Shown in pieces: positions 1 to 10,876 of a stretch of 64,000 nucleotides of DNA (positions are counted from its first letter, which is position 1; each line of letters starts with the position of its first letter). The stretch comes from Candidatus Methanomethylicia archaeon (GTDB taxonomy: Archaea; Thermoproteota; Methanomethylicia; CALHIW01), in contig JAWBQF010000004.1 of NCBI GenBank assembly GCA_038845975.1, forward strand, positions 32,001 to 96,000. Direction: 5' to 3'. The translations under genes were made by a program, and so were the position numbers. A model generated the notes under the pieces. The model was not told the DNA's origin. It did not search any database and was given only the letters and a program-made list of their open reading frames with translations.

Positions 1-223
1 GGGTTTAACTGTAGAGGATGATCTAAATGTTTCTCCTAGAATAACAGATCCAGCTCCAGCTGATGCTGGCCCCGCAGCTGGAAAGAGTATTAAGCCATAT
101 TTAGAGGGATGGGTAAGAGACTACTATAGACTTATGGGATGGGATCCAAAAACAGGTAAGCCTCTAAGATCAACTCTTAGAAAGCTAGGATTAGAGGAAT
201 ATATATCTTTCATATGGCCGTAA
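1..223 (+). CDS. Aldehyde:ferredoxin oxidoreductase family, C-terminal fragment (5'-truncated by the window)
   Basis: Frame 2 reads ...DDLNVSPRITDP...YYRLMGWDPKTGKPLRSTLRKLGLEE...WP* (TAA at 221-223). This matches the typical AOR-family C-terminus YYxxxGWDxxTGxPxxxTLxxLGL. Confidence 0.85.
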   Translation, partial: GLTVEDDLNVSPRITDPAPADAGPAAGKSIKPYLEGWVRDYYRLMGWDPKTGKPLRSTLRKLGLEEYISFIWP

Positions 224-260
224 AATAACAACTTCATTTTTATAAACTCTTTTTTATATT

Positions 261-1541
261 ATGGAGATAAGAAACATAAAGGTAGTTAATAGTGAAACTG
301 GTAGTAGATCTCTTAATCCACCAAGTACTTTAAAGAGGGTAAACAATATACTTCCAAAAGTAGGTATAGAGAAGATTGAGCTTATAGATTTAAAATATAC
401 TGATAACATTCCAGTATTTAGAGTAAATGAATCAGAGAGGAAATGGTATTGTCATCGAGCTTTATACTACTGGTCAAAGCCTCCATCCCCCCTCAATAAG
501 CCTCCTAGAGAGGCTTACGGTAAAGGTATAACTATTCATCAATCAAGAGCAAGTGCTATAATGGAGGCTATAGAGAGATATTGTGCACAAATTTTCCCTC
601 ATAGTAGGATTATTCATGCAGATTATGATGAGGTAAAGGAATATGCTATTCCACCCTCCAAATTTTCATTTCCTAAATTTATTCCTCCTAAATGCTGGTA
701 TTGTATGGAGAGAGAGTTTAGATGTTTCTCTAATCTTAGCAATGTATGTTATGAATGGACTTGGGGGTTTTCATTAATAAGGAGGAAACAAGTTCTAGTT
801 CCATCTCCTCTGGTTTACTATCCATACATGTCAAAGAATGGCTACTCATTCATATTTAACGATACGGGCGGTCTTGCCTCAGGAAATACTCTAGAGGAAG
901 CAATACTAAGCGGATTAGCCGAGGTAATAGAGAGGGATGCATTATATAATACATTTAATACTGAAAGTATAGATAATATAAAACTTCTTGAAACTAATGA
1001 CTTAGATAATAAGTATCTTACAGAGTTCTTCAACAATATTCCTCAAGATAGGGTTTTCATTTTCCTTATTGAGAATAAGGTAAAAATAAATATTCCCACA
1101 ATAGCTGCCTTCATATGCTATGTAGCTGGGAAAACAGGCTTTATTTTTGGAGGTTCAGGAACTCACCTTAACCTAGAAGTAGCTTTATTAAGAGCAATAA
1201 CTGAAATGGAGCAACAAAAAGTTAGGAAAAAGATCTTAATAGAGTTTAATAAAAATGATTTATTGTCCTCAAGCAAAACTCTAATTAACAATACTGTTTC
1301 CACTATGCAAGTACATAGTAGATCTACAGAAGATTTAAAGATGGATATAGATCTATATTTAGAAGAGCTATCTAGAAGTAATATGGATGTTATTGTAGTC
1401 GACCTAACACATCCCAATATAGGAATACCTACCGTTAGAATTATAGTACCGGAACTTATATCCTATAGTGGAATACCTATCAGGCAAAGCTTCCTAATTA
1501 ATATCATGAGGGCGGAGGAAAAACTATATAGACTAATTTAG
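261..1541 (+). CDS. YcaO-like ATP-dependent cyclodehydratase/thioamide synthetase family protein
   Basis: YcaO motifs YGKG..QSRASAIMEAIERY, TGGLASGNTLEEAILSGLAEVIERDA, ALLRAITE and VVDLTHPNIGIPTVRIIVPEL. Confidence 0.9.
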   Translation: MEIRNIKVVNSETGSRSLNPPSTLKRVNNILPKVGIEKIELIDLKYTDNIPVFRVNESERKWYCHRALYYWSKPPSPLNKPPREAYGKGITIHQSRASAIMEAIERYCAQIFPHSRIIHADYDEVKEYAIPPSKFSFPKFIPPKCWYCMEREFRCFSNLSNVCYEWTWGFSLIRRKQVLVPSPLVYYPYMSKNGYSFIFNDTGGLASGNTLEEAILSGLAEVIERDALYNTFNTESIDNIKLLETNDLDNKYLTEFFNNIPQDRVFIFLIENKVKINIPTIAAFICYVAGKTGFIFGGSGTHLNLEVALLRAITEMEQQKVRKKILIEFNKNDLLSSSKTLINNTVSTMQVHSRSTEDLKMDIDLYLEELSRSNMDVIVVDLTHPNIGIPTVRIIVPELISYSGIPIRQSFLINIMRAEEKLYRLI

Positions 1542-2309
1542 CCTTGACTTACAGAAGTGAAGTAGCTAATATACCATTAGGATTTTGCTCTTGCTTCCTT
1601 AGTTAACAGTTATTTATCTGCTTCCTTATTTTACGTATGCTAGGAACAGTTTAACGACCTGAGCAGAATGATATTCGCTAAGAACATCTTAAACCTAGCG
1701 TATAGCTTACCTATACTATAAGCTCGGCTTAAACGTCTAGCCATATTGAGATTAATGGAAGACTGTTGAAAAGTGTTAAAGTCCTTGGAGAGTCTTCGAG
1801 ACATACTTTCTGAGTCCTTGAGGTTAAGCTGTTGATTAATAAGGATATTGAGTCTTATATTTACAGTTAAGCCTAAACGTGGAAGGGTTAAGAGTAGATT
1901 CATTCAGGATAAACTCTCATTATCATTAAAAAAGAAGCTCTTCAGAAAAGCATTGTTCAAGATGTTGAGAATGTAAGCACAATTCGTAGGACTTGCTAAT
2001 ACCGACCGTAAATAGGTCGATGATTACAACATTGATGAATTTAAAAGTTACAATGTCATCGATGCTTGTTATGAACAAAGGGTAAACTATTTGAGAAGTT
2101 ACATACTAGGTAAATAATGTGAATGCTATAATTAACATCTAAGAAAGCTCTTAACATCAAAGAGGAATTTAAGTGGAAAGCATCATTCCACGCTAATGGA
2201 GCCTCGTCTTACACAAGAACATGTATGAAAAACTAAATCAGCATGTAATTAGCTAATAGCAATAATTATTTATTAGGAAAACGGATCTAGCAACTTAGGA
2301 AGTTATATA

Positions 2310-2720
2310 GATTCTGTTGTTTATGTTAGTATTAGAAGTTTGGTTGGAGATCTTGGAGTATTCGAGAGGAATAAGGTTCCATTAGATGTCAAGGTTCTGG
2401 TATAGTATTCATATTAAATATTTAGTTTGAGGAGTTAGAGCATTATCTGTGGTTTAAGTCTAATAGTAAAATTATTGAGTTTATGTGGCTGTAGATGCTG
2501 GTAGGAATGAAATAATAGCTATGAAAGCCTATAAGAAATATCATGATATCAGAATTCTCAATGAGGTTTTAAGATAGTGTGATGGGAACAATATTCTTTA
2601 TTGATATATATCATGACTTACCTTTAATGAACTTAAATTATTATAAACTATTATACGTTAAAAACATCTTTCGGTAATAGAAGTATAGTAGAATCAGTAT
2701 ATTCATCATTCAGCAGATAA
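2310..2720 (+). mobile_element. Highly decayed IS6-family transposase remnant
   Basis: Fragments read DLGVFERNKVPLDVKVL and VAVDAGRNEIIAMKAY, broken by stops and frameshifts. Boundaries are approximate. Confidence 0.45.
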
Positions 2721-2759
2721 CAAGAGTAAAAGATTTAAGTACTTAAATATCTAATCTAT

Positions 2760-3974
2760 ATGGTTTTAGAGGATTTGTATTTACCGTTTCTAAATGGGAA
2801 GCATTTATTGATTAGATCTACTTTAAGGGATTTCGCCAGTAGAAGGCTTATAGCTACTGATGTTATGAGGAGGGAGAGGGAGGGGGATATTAATGGTACT
2901 GTTGAGGTTTTTAGGGAGCTAGCTAAGCTAGGCTATACTGGTATTAGGATTCCTGAGGATTATGGCGGTATGGGGGAGGATATATATTCATGGATAATAT
3001 TAATGGAGGAGCTTGGATATTTTGATCCTAATATTGCAGGTATGATGCTTATACATACGGGCGCTGCTTCACAATGTATTGTCCACTTCGCTTCTGAGGA
3101 TCTTAAGAGAAAGTATCTTCCACTAATAGCTAGAGGGGAAAGAATCTTAGCGTTCGCTATGACTGAGGATGAAATTCCTGGAAGCTGGTCCTCATACATG
3201 AAGACTAAAGCTGAGATTAAAGGAGATAAATATCTCCTTAACGGTAGGAAAACCTTTATTACAAATGCTGGTGTTGCTGATATATTCATAGTATTCGCTA
3301 GATTAGACCCTATGGAGAAGGGGGCTAGAGGTATAGGTATGTTTATAGTTGAGAAGAATTTTCCAGGATTCCATTTTGATGGTGAAATACCTGGATTAGG
3401 AACTAGAGCATTATCATGGGGTACAATAACTCTAGAAGACTGCGAGGTTCCGAGAGAAAACCTAATTGTAGGTCCACCTAAAGCATTCTCACTAGCCATG
3501 GATATGTTTAATACTGAAAGAATAGGGAATCCATCAATATGTAACGGTATTGCTCAAAGAGCATTTGATGAAGCTTTAGAATTCTTAATACAGAGAAGAG
3601 ATCCTAGAACAAGTAAATCCTTCCTAGAAAGCTATCAAGGCCTACAGTTTAAAATAGCTGAAATGGCCTCTCTAATTAGATCGTCAAGACTTAACGTATG
3701 GTATTGTGCATATCTAATTCAAAACGAGAAACCATATGTAAAGGAAGTTCAGCTAGCTAAACTATTTGCAAACGAAATGGTTAGAAGAGTATGTATAGAT
3801 TCAATGCAGCTTCAAGGTGGATACGGATACTCAGCAGAACTACTTACCGAAAAGCTAGTAAGAGGAGGAATGTTCGGAGGTATTGGTGGAGGAACATTAG
3901 AAATCCTAAAGCTAAGATACATATCTGAATTAATGAAGGAGAAGGGACTTAAACATCATGAAACCTCTAAATAA
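2760..3974 (+). CDS. Acyl-CoA dehydrogenase family protein
   Basis: Motifs IPEDYGGMG, AFAMTE..GS, YLLNGRKTFITNAG, ERIG and QLQGGYGY. Confidence 0.92.
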   Translation: MVLEDLYLPFLNGKHLLIRSTLRDFASRRLIATDVMRREREGDINGTVEVFRELAKLGYTGIRIPEDYGGMGEDIYSWIILMEELGYFDPNIAGMMLIHTGAASQCIVHFASEDLKRKYLPLIARGERILAFAMTEDEIPGSWSSYMKTKAEIKGDKYLLNGRKTFITNAGVADIFIVFARLDPMEKGARGIGMFIVEKNFPGFHFDGEIPGLGTRALSWGTITLEDCEVPRENLIVGPPKAFSLAMDMFNTERIGNPSICNGIAQRAFDEALEFLIQRRDPRTSKSFLESYQGLQFKIAEMASLIRSSRLNVWYCAYLIQNEKPYVKEVQLAKLFANEMVRRVCIDSMQLQGGYGYSAELLTEKLVRGGMFGGIGGGTLEILKLRYISELMKEKGLKHHETSK

Positions 3975-5145
3975 CATAACCGTACTAGAGTGTGGTACAG
4001 GTTTAACAGCTCCATATACATCATCCCTACTTGGAGATCTAGGAGCTAATGTAATAAAAATAGAAGGACCTGAAAAAGATGCTTCAAGATCCTGGCCACC
4101 AGTAAAAGAAGGATTTAGTTACTACTATGCAGCTATAAATAGGAATAAGAGAAATATCACTATAAATCTTAAAATAGATAAGGGAAAGGAGGTTTTTTAT
4201 AAGTTAGCTGAAAGAGCAGATATAATCATAGAGAACTTTACTCCAGGAACTGTTAATAAGTTGGGAATAGGATATAATGATATTAAGAAAATAAATCCTA
4301 AAGTAATCTATTGTCACATTTCAGGTTTTGGATGGGATAGTCCATACAGGAATAGAGCTGCCTTCGACTATATAATGCAGGGTGAAACAGGATGGATGAG
4401 CTTTACTGGAACTTCCGAAACTCCATGTAGAATAGGAATACCAATAACAGACTTCATAACATCCATATACACTCTATCAGCTATACTTTCAGCATTAATA
4501 TACAGGGATAAATATGGTGAGGGAATGGAGATAGATATGTCAATGTGGGATTGTCAATTAACCTCATTCTTCGCTTTAGCATCCATATACTGGGTGGAAA
4601 ATAGAGTTCCCGAAAGAATGGGGATGAAATATATTTTTGGTCCAGTATACCAGCCCTATAAAGCTAGGGATGGTAGATGGATAATACTGGGAATAGCAAC
4701 AACACCACACTGGAGGAAATTCTGTGAAAAGTATGGATTAATAGATCTTCTAGAAAAGTATCCTACAATAATAGATGTTCAGATGAGAAAGGATAAATAC
4801 AGTGAAATAGAAGTGAAAATAGGGAGGGTGATTGCTGAGAGAAATTCAGATGAATGGATTAAACTATTAACAGAGGATGGAATACCTTCAGGTACTATAA
4901 ATAGTGTAGCTGAAGTACTAAATCATCCACAGACGTTAAGTAGAGAAATAATAGCTAAAACCATACATAAAAAACTAGGTGAAATAAAAGTAATAAAATC
5001 CCCATTTAAAACATCAAAGTTTAACGTAGAGATAAAAATCCCTCCATCCCTACCTGGAGAACATACAGATGAGGTAATGAGAGAGCTAGGCTACTCAGAA
5101 AAACAGATAGAAGAACTTAAAAACATAGGAGCAATAGGAATCTAA
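3958..5145 (+). CDS. Family III (CaiB/BaiF) CoA-transferase
   Basis: LGDLGANVIKIE, NRNKRNITINLK..GKE, ENFTPG, ISGFG, and C-terminal PSLPGEHTDEVMRELGYS. Overlaps the end of the acyl-CoA dehydrogenase gene. Confidence 0.93.
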   Translation: MKPLNNITVLECGTGLTAPYTSSLLGDLGANVIKIEGPEKDASRSWPPVKEGFSYYYAAINRNKRNITINLKIDKGKEVFYKLAERADIIIENFTPGTVNKLGIGYNDIKKINPKVIYCHISGFGWDSPYRNRAAFDYIMQGETGWMSFTGTSETPCRIGIPITDFITSIYTLSAILSALIYRDKYGEGMEIDMSMWDCQLTSFFALASIYWVENRVPERMGMKYIFGPVYQPYKARDGRWIILGIATTPHWRKFCEKYGLIDLLEKYPTIIDVQMRKDKYSEIEVKIGRVIAERNSDEWIKLLTEDGIPSGTINSVAEVLNHPQTLSREIIAKTIHKKLGEIKVIKSPFKTSKFNVEIKIPPSLPGEHTDEVMRELGYSEKQIEELKNIGAIGI

Positions 5146-5449
5146 GTCAATGAATATATAAGATTACGCCCATTATTTCTCTCACTTTGAGTCACTGAAA
5201 GTTTAGGTAAATTTAACTCTTAACATTTCGAATATGTTCATGTATATATGAAGTATTTATCTATTTAATATTGTGCTATTACTATACTTTACTATGGAGC
5301 TTAGATATGAAATAGTAATTAATAACTTAAGTTCATGGAGATGATTGCTAGCTAGGAAATCTTAATCTACAATTAACAATCAATTCTATACTTCAAATTG
5401 AAACCTAATTGAAATTTAGAGATGATATACATACTAATTTTATAAAGAT

Positions 5450-6382
5450 TTATTCAATGATTAAGCTTAAAACTTCTCTAGCTATTCTTATCCTATCTTC
5501 AAGGTTTTTCATTAGAGTATTTGTTGCATATACTGTAATACCTAGCTTCTCTATTTTATCTTTTAGATTTATATCTACTTTATCTATTACAAATACGTCA
5601 AGGAAATCTCTATATAGCTCCGCAACGCTATAAGCTGATGGTTCAAGTCCAAGTCCTTTAAGCATTTTATCAGCAGGTCCCTTAACAGCAGTTCCACTTA
5701 TTATCGGGCTTACTCCAATGATTTTAGCTTTTGTCTCTCTTAAGGCCTTCCTAACTCCTTTAATAGATACTATTGTACCAATACTTACAATAGGATTGCT
5801 TGGACATATTATAACTCCATCAGCATTCATTATGGCCTCAATAACTCCATTAGCGGGCTCCGCCTTCTCTATTCCCCTATAGATTATATCTTTAACTTCA
5901 TCTTGAAATCCCCTCTTAACAAAATAGTCTTGGAAGGACATGAATCCCTTATCTGTTAAAACCATGGTTTCAATTCTATCATTAGTTGCAGGTATTACTT
6001 TTACTTTAACATTAAGTCTTCTTCTAATAATGTCTATAACCTCTTGAAGTTTTAGTCCTCTTCTCAGCAGCATGGTTCTAAAAATATGTGTTGCTAAGTC
6101 CTTATCACCAATTCTAAACCATGTTTCAAAACCATATCTTGAAAGCATTTCAAGACAGTTAAATGTATCCCCCCTAATGCCCCATCCCTTAACATCATCA
6201 GCAATACCGGCTAAAGTATATATAATAGTATCAATATCTGGTGAAATGTAAAGTCCATATATTTCAACATCATCTCCAACATTAACAATAACAGTAATAC
6301 TGCTTGGATCGGTGATTCTTACAAGTCCATCTAGGAATCGAGCAGCCCCAACACCACCTGCTAAAGCAGTAATTTTACTCAT
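5450..6382 (-). CDS. cofD: 2-phospho-L-lactate transferase (F420 biosynthesis)
   Basis: LAGGVGAARFLDGL, VNVGDD, ISPDIDT..YTLAG, FRIGDKDLATH, FQDYFV, PSNPIVSIGTI, GPADKML. Confidence 0.93.
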   Translation of the reverse strand: MSKITALAGGVGAARFLDGLVRITDPSSITVIVNVGDDVEIYGLYISPDIDTIIYTLAGIADDVKGWGIRGDTFNCLEMLSRYGFETWFRIGDKDLATHIFRTMLLRRGLKLQEVIDIIRRRLNVKVKVIPATNDRIETMVLTDKGFMSFQDYFVKRGFQDEVKDIIYRGIEKAEPANGVIEAIMNADGVIICPSNPIVSIGTIVSIKGVRKALRETKAKIIGVSPIISGTAVKGPADKMLKGLGLEPSAYSVAELYRDFLDVFVIDKVDINLKDKIEKLGITVYATNTLMKNLEDRIRIAREVLSLIIE

Positions 6383-6473
6383 ATTAAGTAAGTTATTCTA
6401 CTGCTTTTAAAGTTGGCTGCTAAGCTTAGCATATTTTCTCATATAAGTTTACTTAAGCTTTTCTAAAAGCTGG

Positions 6474-6790
6474 CAGCTTTATAAATCTAAGCATGCTTAA
6501 CTACTTCTATTTTGGTGTTGTTTACTATAAAAGTGATTTTAAAGCTTCATTTTATTCTTTTCTAATAATCTTTGATTGCTAACTGTTTCTACGAATTCTT
6601 AGTTATATTTCATTAATTCATATTGTAGCATGAATCTATTGATCTTATAAGCATGAATACACCTCACTCATCCTTCATGATGATGTATAGCTATCAAAGA
6701 GCTTAATTCTATTTTTAACTATTTTCTCTATAAGTAAAATTCCAAACCATATACTTAATTAGTATTTTTAGGCTCTATGATAACTCATCA
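6474..6790 (-). mobile_element. Partial decayed copy of the IS6-type element at 18218-18905
   Basis: Shares taagcatg..ttctattttggt..gaattcttag with 18229-18280. Boundaries are approximate. Confidence 0.55.
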
Positions 6791-6948
6791 ATATAGAGTT
6801 ATCTAGATCCATAGGATCTAACAACTTAAGAAGGAAGTTATAATATGCTAAGCTGTCACATTTGATCTATAAATAGCAATAATTTTAAGGAATGATGGAA
6901 TCTAAATGTATTTGTAGTTCCATATTAAGCATTTCCAAGCAAGAACTC

Positions 6949-7006
6949 GCCTTGTGAACTTAAGCTATTAACTACATGTACTTTTCATATCTAAGTTCAC
7001 AGAGCC
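6949..7006. repeat. ~57-bp MITE-like repeat with IS6-type terminal inverted repeats (family A)
   Basis: gccttgtgaacttaagc...tctaagttcacagagcc. Related copies at 5291-5340, 18915-18972, 19313-19367, 44772-44830, 49478-49531 and 61819-61872. Confidence 0.7.
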
Positions 7007-7138
7007 CAAGAACTTAAAGCAAAATACATAACCCACCATAGAAATCCATGCTAATAATATCGTAATCTATAAATTCTAATCCTCCTAAAAATTTAAATAG
7101 CTTAAGATCTAAATTGTGATTATATGGACACATAACTT

Positions 7139-8176
7139 CTATTTAATCCATCCAGGTACTCCACATAAATATAGAATTGTAAAGAGCGGTATTGCAAGTA
7201 GTTTTCTTGAAGTTGTTAGTTGGGAGATATCGTCTAGTGGTCCTGGATGAGGATATAGTGAAAATAGAAGCATTATTATAGCCATTAGTGGATATCCTAT
7301 AATATATGTTATCCATGCAATAATTATGGAGATTACTTGATGTTTTCTACCTCCAAACAATGCTCTTGCAACATGTCCTCCATCTAGTGAACCTGCCGGC
7401 ATTAGGTTAAGCATAGTTATAATCATTCCAACCCATGATGCGAAGGCTACAGGATGCATTATTAGTATATGATCTTTAGGAATTCTTAACATAATACTTG
7501 TAATAAGCTCGAATAGTATTGGTGTTGGGTAAAATACAATTCTTTCCATTGGTGCTTCAGTTCTAGGTATAGGATATGATATTGATATTCCTATAAATGC
7601 AAACAATATTGAAATTATAAATCCTAGAATTGGTCCTGTAGCTCCAAGATCATAAAGTGCATCACGATTAGGCGGTGTCTCCTTATTAACTATTACAGCC
7701 CCAAGTGTTCCTAGAAAGAATGGTACTGGTATAAAATATGGTAGTGATGTTTGTATATTCCATTTTCTTGCAGCTAGCTTATGTCCAAGCTCATGAAGCC
7801 CTATTATCATCATTATAGCTACTGAGAATGATGAAGCACCTATGAAAGGATTACTCATTAATCCTGTTTCGAAAAGAGGTATAGAGAGATTGTAACCTAC
7901 GAAGGTTGTTGTTGCTATCGTTAAGATAAGTAAAATTATGTTTACATATGTTTTACTTGGCTTAACTTTAGGTTTAGGTATTATAACAAGCCTAATTCTA
8001 CCTTTAAAACTTCTAAGATAAGCTGTAAGTCCATACTGTTTTAAATGTTCATATACTTTAAGAAATGAATTCTTAATATCTCCTAAAGGTTGAACGTAAA
8101 ATGTAGCTGTATCCCCATGTACTTCAAATTCCTCAACAGTAAAATAGTTAGTAATAATTCCCCATGTACTTTCCAC
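7139..8176 (-). CDS. Site-2 protease (M50 family membrane metalloprotease)
   Basis: HELGH zinc motif, GTLGAVI, and NLMPAGSLDGGH motif; multiple hydrophobic segments. Confidence 0.92.
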   Translation of the reverse strand: MESTWGIITNYFTVEEFEVHGDTATFYVQPLGDIKNSFLKVYEHLKQYGLTAYLRSFKGRIRLVIIPKPKVKPSKTYVNIILLILTIATTTFVGYNLSIPLFETGLMSNPFIGASSFSVAIMMIIGLHELGHKLAARKWNIQTSLPYFIPVPFFLGTLGAVIVNKETPPNRDALYDLGATGPILGFIISILFAFIGISISYPIPRTEAPMERIVFYPTPILFELITSIMLRIPKDHILIMHPVAFASWVGMIITMLNLMPAGSLDGGHVARALFGGRKHQVISIIIAWITYIIGYPLMAIIMLLFSLYPHPGPLDDISQLTTSRKLLAIPLFTILYLCGVPGWIK

Positions 8177-8315
8177 TTTTATTCACTAATTAGTATTGTA
8201 GTAATTAAATAAAAATTTAACTCTGAAGCATAGTTTCATGACCTTAAATATAAAGACATACTTAAATGAAATAGTTCTATGCTAAAAATTAATAGTATAG
8301 TTTATTAGGTGTATT

Positions 8316-8744
8316 ATGTATAGATCTGGACATATAATTACATCATTACTTGTATACATTACCATAATTCAGTACTGTTACTTTAACCTGTTTGGTGATT
8401 ATTTACTTCCAATATATTTAATTGTAAATGTTTTTGGAGCTTTAACTCCTGATATTGATATTTATCTTAGAAGAATTGTTAAAGTTAATCATAGAAGTCT
8501 CTTAACCCATTCAGCTCTAATACCATTGGTTCTTAGTTTAATAGTAACTATTTATAGTAGCTATTTTCAACTATATCTCGCATTTAGTTTAGGTATATCT
8601 GCCCATTTGATTTCAGATATACCAAGCCGTAAAACCATTAATAGATTAAGTATTGGTTGGAGTAGGGTTTGGCTACTATTAAATAGTATAGTTTCCCTCC
8701 CAATATTCTCCTATAATTGGCTAAACATAATATTACCTAGATAA
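8316..8744 (+). CDS. Membrane-bound metal-dependent hydrolase (YdjM-like)
   Basis: N-terminal His, GALTPDID, HRSLLTHS, and SAHLISD. Confidence 0.8.
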   Translation: MYRSGHIITSLLVYITIIQYCYFNLFGDYLLPIYLIVNVFGALTPDIDIYLRRIVKVNHRSLLTHSALIPLVLSLIVTIYSSYFQLYLAFSLGISAHLISDIPSRKTINRLSIGWSRVWLLLNSIVSLPIFSYNWLNIILPR

Positions 8745-8906
8745 GTTTACTGTTTAATATTGTCTTCTAATATTAATTAACTATATGGTTGCTATGTAAT
8801 TATTTCAGTTATTCTTGAGGAGTAGATAATTTTAAATCATCAATTTAACTATAGAATACATGTTCAGTTAATAAGATAATTTCAGTTGTAGAATTTATAT
8901 TAGCTA

Positions 8907-9227
8907 CTATGGTATTGCTCCAAGATTTTTTAAAGCTGTTATAATCATTTTTCTTGGAGGATATCCATAGGGTTTTCCATTATAGAAGTATATTCTATAT
9001 CCTAATCCAATACCTCCCTTATATTTTGGATCTATATCAACTCCATTAATTCTAATTGTTGGTGAGCCTGGAAAACTGTATTTTTCAGCTTTTCTTATTC
9101 CTCCTATAGTGATAGCTTTCAATTCAGCATCTATTTTGTACTCATTTATTATTTCAATTATTGTTTTTAATGCTTCTTTCCAATATGGGCAATCTTTAGT
9201 ATGTAGCAGTTCAATTTTAATCTTCAA
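8907..9227 (-). CDS. Thioredoxin-fold small protein (DUF2703/alkylmercury-lyase N-domain-like)
   Basis: KIELLHTKDCPYW ... FPGSPTIRINGVDI. Confidence 0.7.
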   Translation of the reverse strand: MKIKIELLHTKDCPYWKEALKTIIEIINEYKIDAELKAITIGGIRKAEKYSFPGSPTIRINGVDIDPKYKGGIGLGYRIYFYNGKPYGYPPRKMIITALKNLGAIP

Positions 9228-9420
9228 TAACTATCCCTCCATAATCGTACTGTGTTTCTTAGTCTTACTACCTTAATAAATTTCTATTTCAAATTGCTCA
9301 ATCTACTTATCCTATGTTCTATTTGATACTGAATAATATTGGCTTTTAAAAACTTGATTATGCTTATTATTTTTCGGTTTTATTATTTATATATTGTATT
9401 CTGTATTAAGTTTTTGCTCT

Positions 9421-9500
9421 TTAATAAGTTCTGTGTGGCTACCATTGACGAGAACGGTGAACCGATGTGGCTCCTATTATTAGCCACAAAATCTTATTGA
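9421..9500. repeat. ~80-bp MITE-like repeat with IS1595-type ends (family B, copy 1)
   Basis: TTAATAAGTTCTGTGTGGCT...AGCCACAAAATCTTATTGA forms an imperfect TIR. A second copy lies at 10877-10955, and the TIR matches the end of the IS1595 remnant at 43305. Confidence 0.65.
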
Positions 9501-9659
9501 ATAGCGTAAGTTATTATTCAACTCCATAGCAAGCTAATTGCTTGAACAGAGTAAACACATCAATATGCTAATGTATGAATTATTTAGCTTCTATGCTTAA
9601 ACACTATGTTGCTATTAAATATGTAGAAAGGTTTTTGAGGGTTTAGGTTACTATGATCT

Positions 9660-10556
9660 ATGCTTGAAGATCTTGAAAGCTATATTAGAGCTGGCCGTAT
9701 AGCTTCAGCTGTTAGGAGGAATATTAAGGATATTGTTAGAGAGGGGGGATCTATTCTTAAGTTATGTGAGGATGTGGAGAACATTATTCGAGGTCTTGGT
9801 GGCGAACCTGCCTTCCCATGTAATGTAGGGGTAAACTATGTAGCTGCTCATTATACCTCCTCTATAAATGATGAAAGCATTATACCTCCAAAATCTATTG
9901 TTAAGGTAGATTTTGGAGTACATGTCAATGGATGTATTGCGGATACTGCTATAACTATTAATTTTAATCCTGAACTTGATTTTCTAATTAAGGCTGTTGA
10001 AGAAGCTTTAGAGAAAGCTATTGAGTCTATTAAGCCTGGAGTAAAGTATTCGGATATTGGATCTATTGTTGAGGATACTGTGAAGAGGTATGGATGTAAA
10101 CCTATTAGGAATCTATGTGGTCATTCAATGAATAAATATCAGATACATGCCGGAGTAAGTATACCTAATATCCGATCCATTAATCTTGGAAGGTTTAAAG
10201 CTGACGGTGTATATGCTATTGAACCATTCACAACAGTTCAAAACGCAGATGGTGAAGTTATAGATGGTCCCCCTGGAAACATTTATCGTCTCCTAAAGCT
10301 TAAACCACCTAAAAATGGTTTAGCTAGAAATCTATTTGAACTCATAAAATCTAAATATTACACTCTACCATTTACTCCAAGATGGTTTATAAAAGCATTT
10401 AATAATAAGGATCTTAATGAAGCTTTCAAATCCTTAATTAAGTCAAAACATGTACTATCATATCCAATACTTATAGAAAAATCGAAAATGCCTATAGCTC
10501 AGGCTGAACATACAGTTATAATATCTAATGGTAATGTAATTGTAACAACTGAATAG
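9660..10556 (+). CDS. map: Methionine aminopeptidase type II
   Basis: AFPCNV, AAHYT, KVDFGVHVNGCIADTA, NLCGHS, AIEPF, AQAEHTV. Confidence 0.95.
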   Translation: MLEDLESYIRAGRIASAVRRNIKDIVREGGSILKLCEDVENIIRGLGGEPAFPCNVGVNYVAAHYTSSINDESIIPPKSIVKVDFGVHVNGCIADTAITINFNPELDFLIKAVEEALEKAIESIKPGVKYSDIGSIVEDTVKRYGCKPIRNLCGHSMNKYQIHAGVSIPNIRSINLGRFKADGVYAIEPFTTVQNADGEVIDGPPGNIYRLLKLKPPKNGLARNLFELIKSKYYTLPFTPRWFIKAFNNKDLNEAFKSLIKSKHVLSYPILIEKSKMPIAQAEHTVIISNGNVIVTTE

Positions 10557-10876
10557 CTCTTTATGCTCTAAACCTACCTGGTAATAGGTATTATCAACTC
10601 TAAAAGTTTTCTTTAATGTTAACTCCATTAAACTGTAAATATATGTATAGCAAAATTCAAATAATACTCTACATCTTCTTTAGCGATTTTAGCATTATTA
10701 AATGTTGTAATTCAATGTAGAGTAATCCTATAAGTCGTAGACTTACTTCAGCACTATAATGTTTTAAATGTTTACTAAAGCTCTGTGGCTTAATATTCGC
10801 TTTCTCATGTTTTTCGTTAAATACTATGATTATAGAAATCTCTACTATAATTTCCCATATTTTATATAAATGCTCT

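Noticed and set aside
1640-1903. 87-aa minus-strand ORF as a YcaO precursor peptide
   Set aside because: It is on the opposite strand, has no leader/core pattern, and lies in a region that looks like decayed sequence.
2760-5145. Acyl-CoA dehydrogenase plus family III CoA-transferase as a 3-sulfinopropionyl-CoA desulfinase system
   Set aside because: The pairing is common, and the protein keeps a Glu in FNTER consistent with ordinary dehydrogenase chemistry. The substrate cannot be assigned by eye.
8907-9227. Possible selenoprotein (thioredoxin-fold DUF2703-like)
   Set aside because: There is no in-frame TGA; the position that is often Cys reads Tyr (GLGYRIY).
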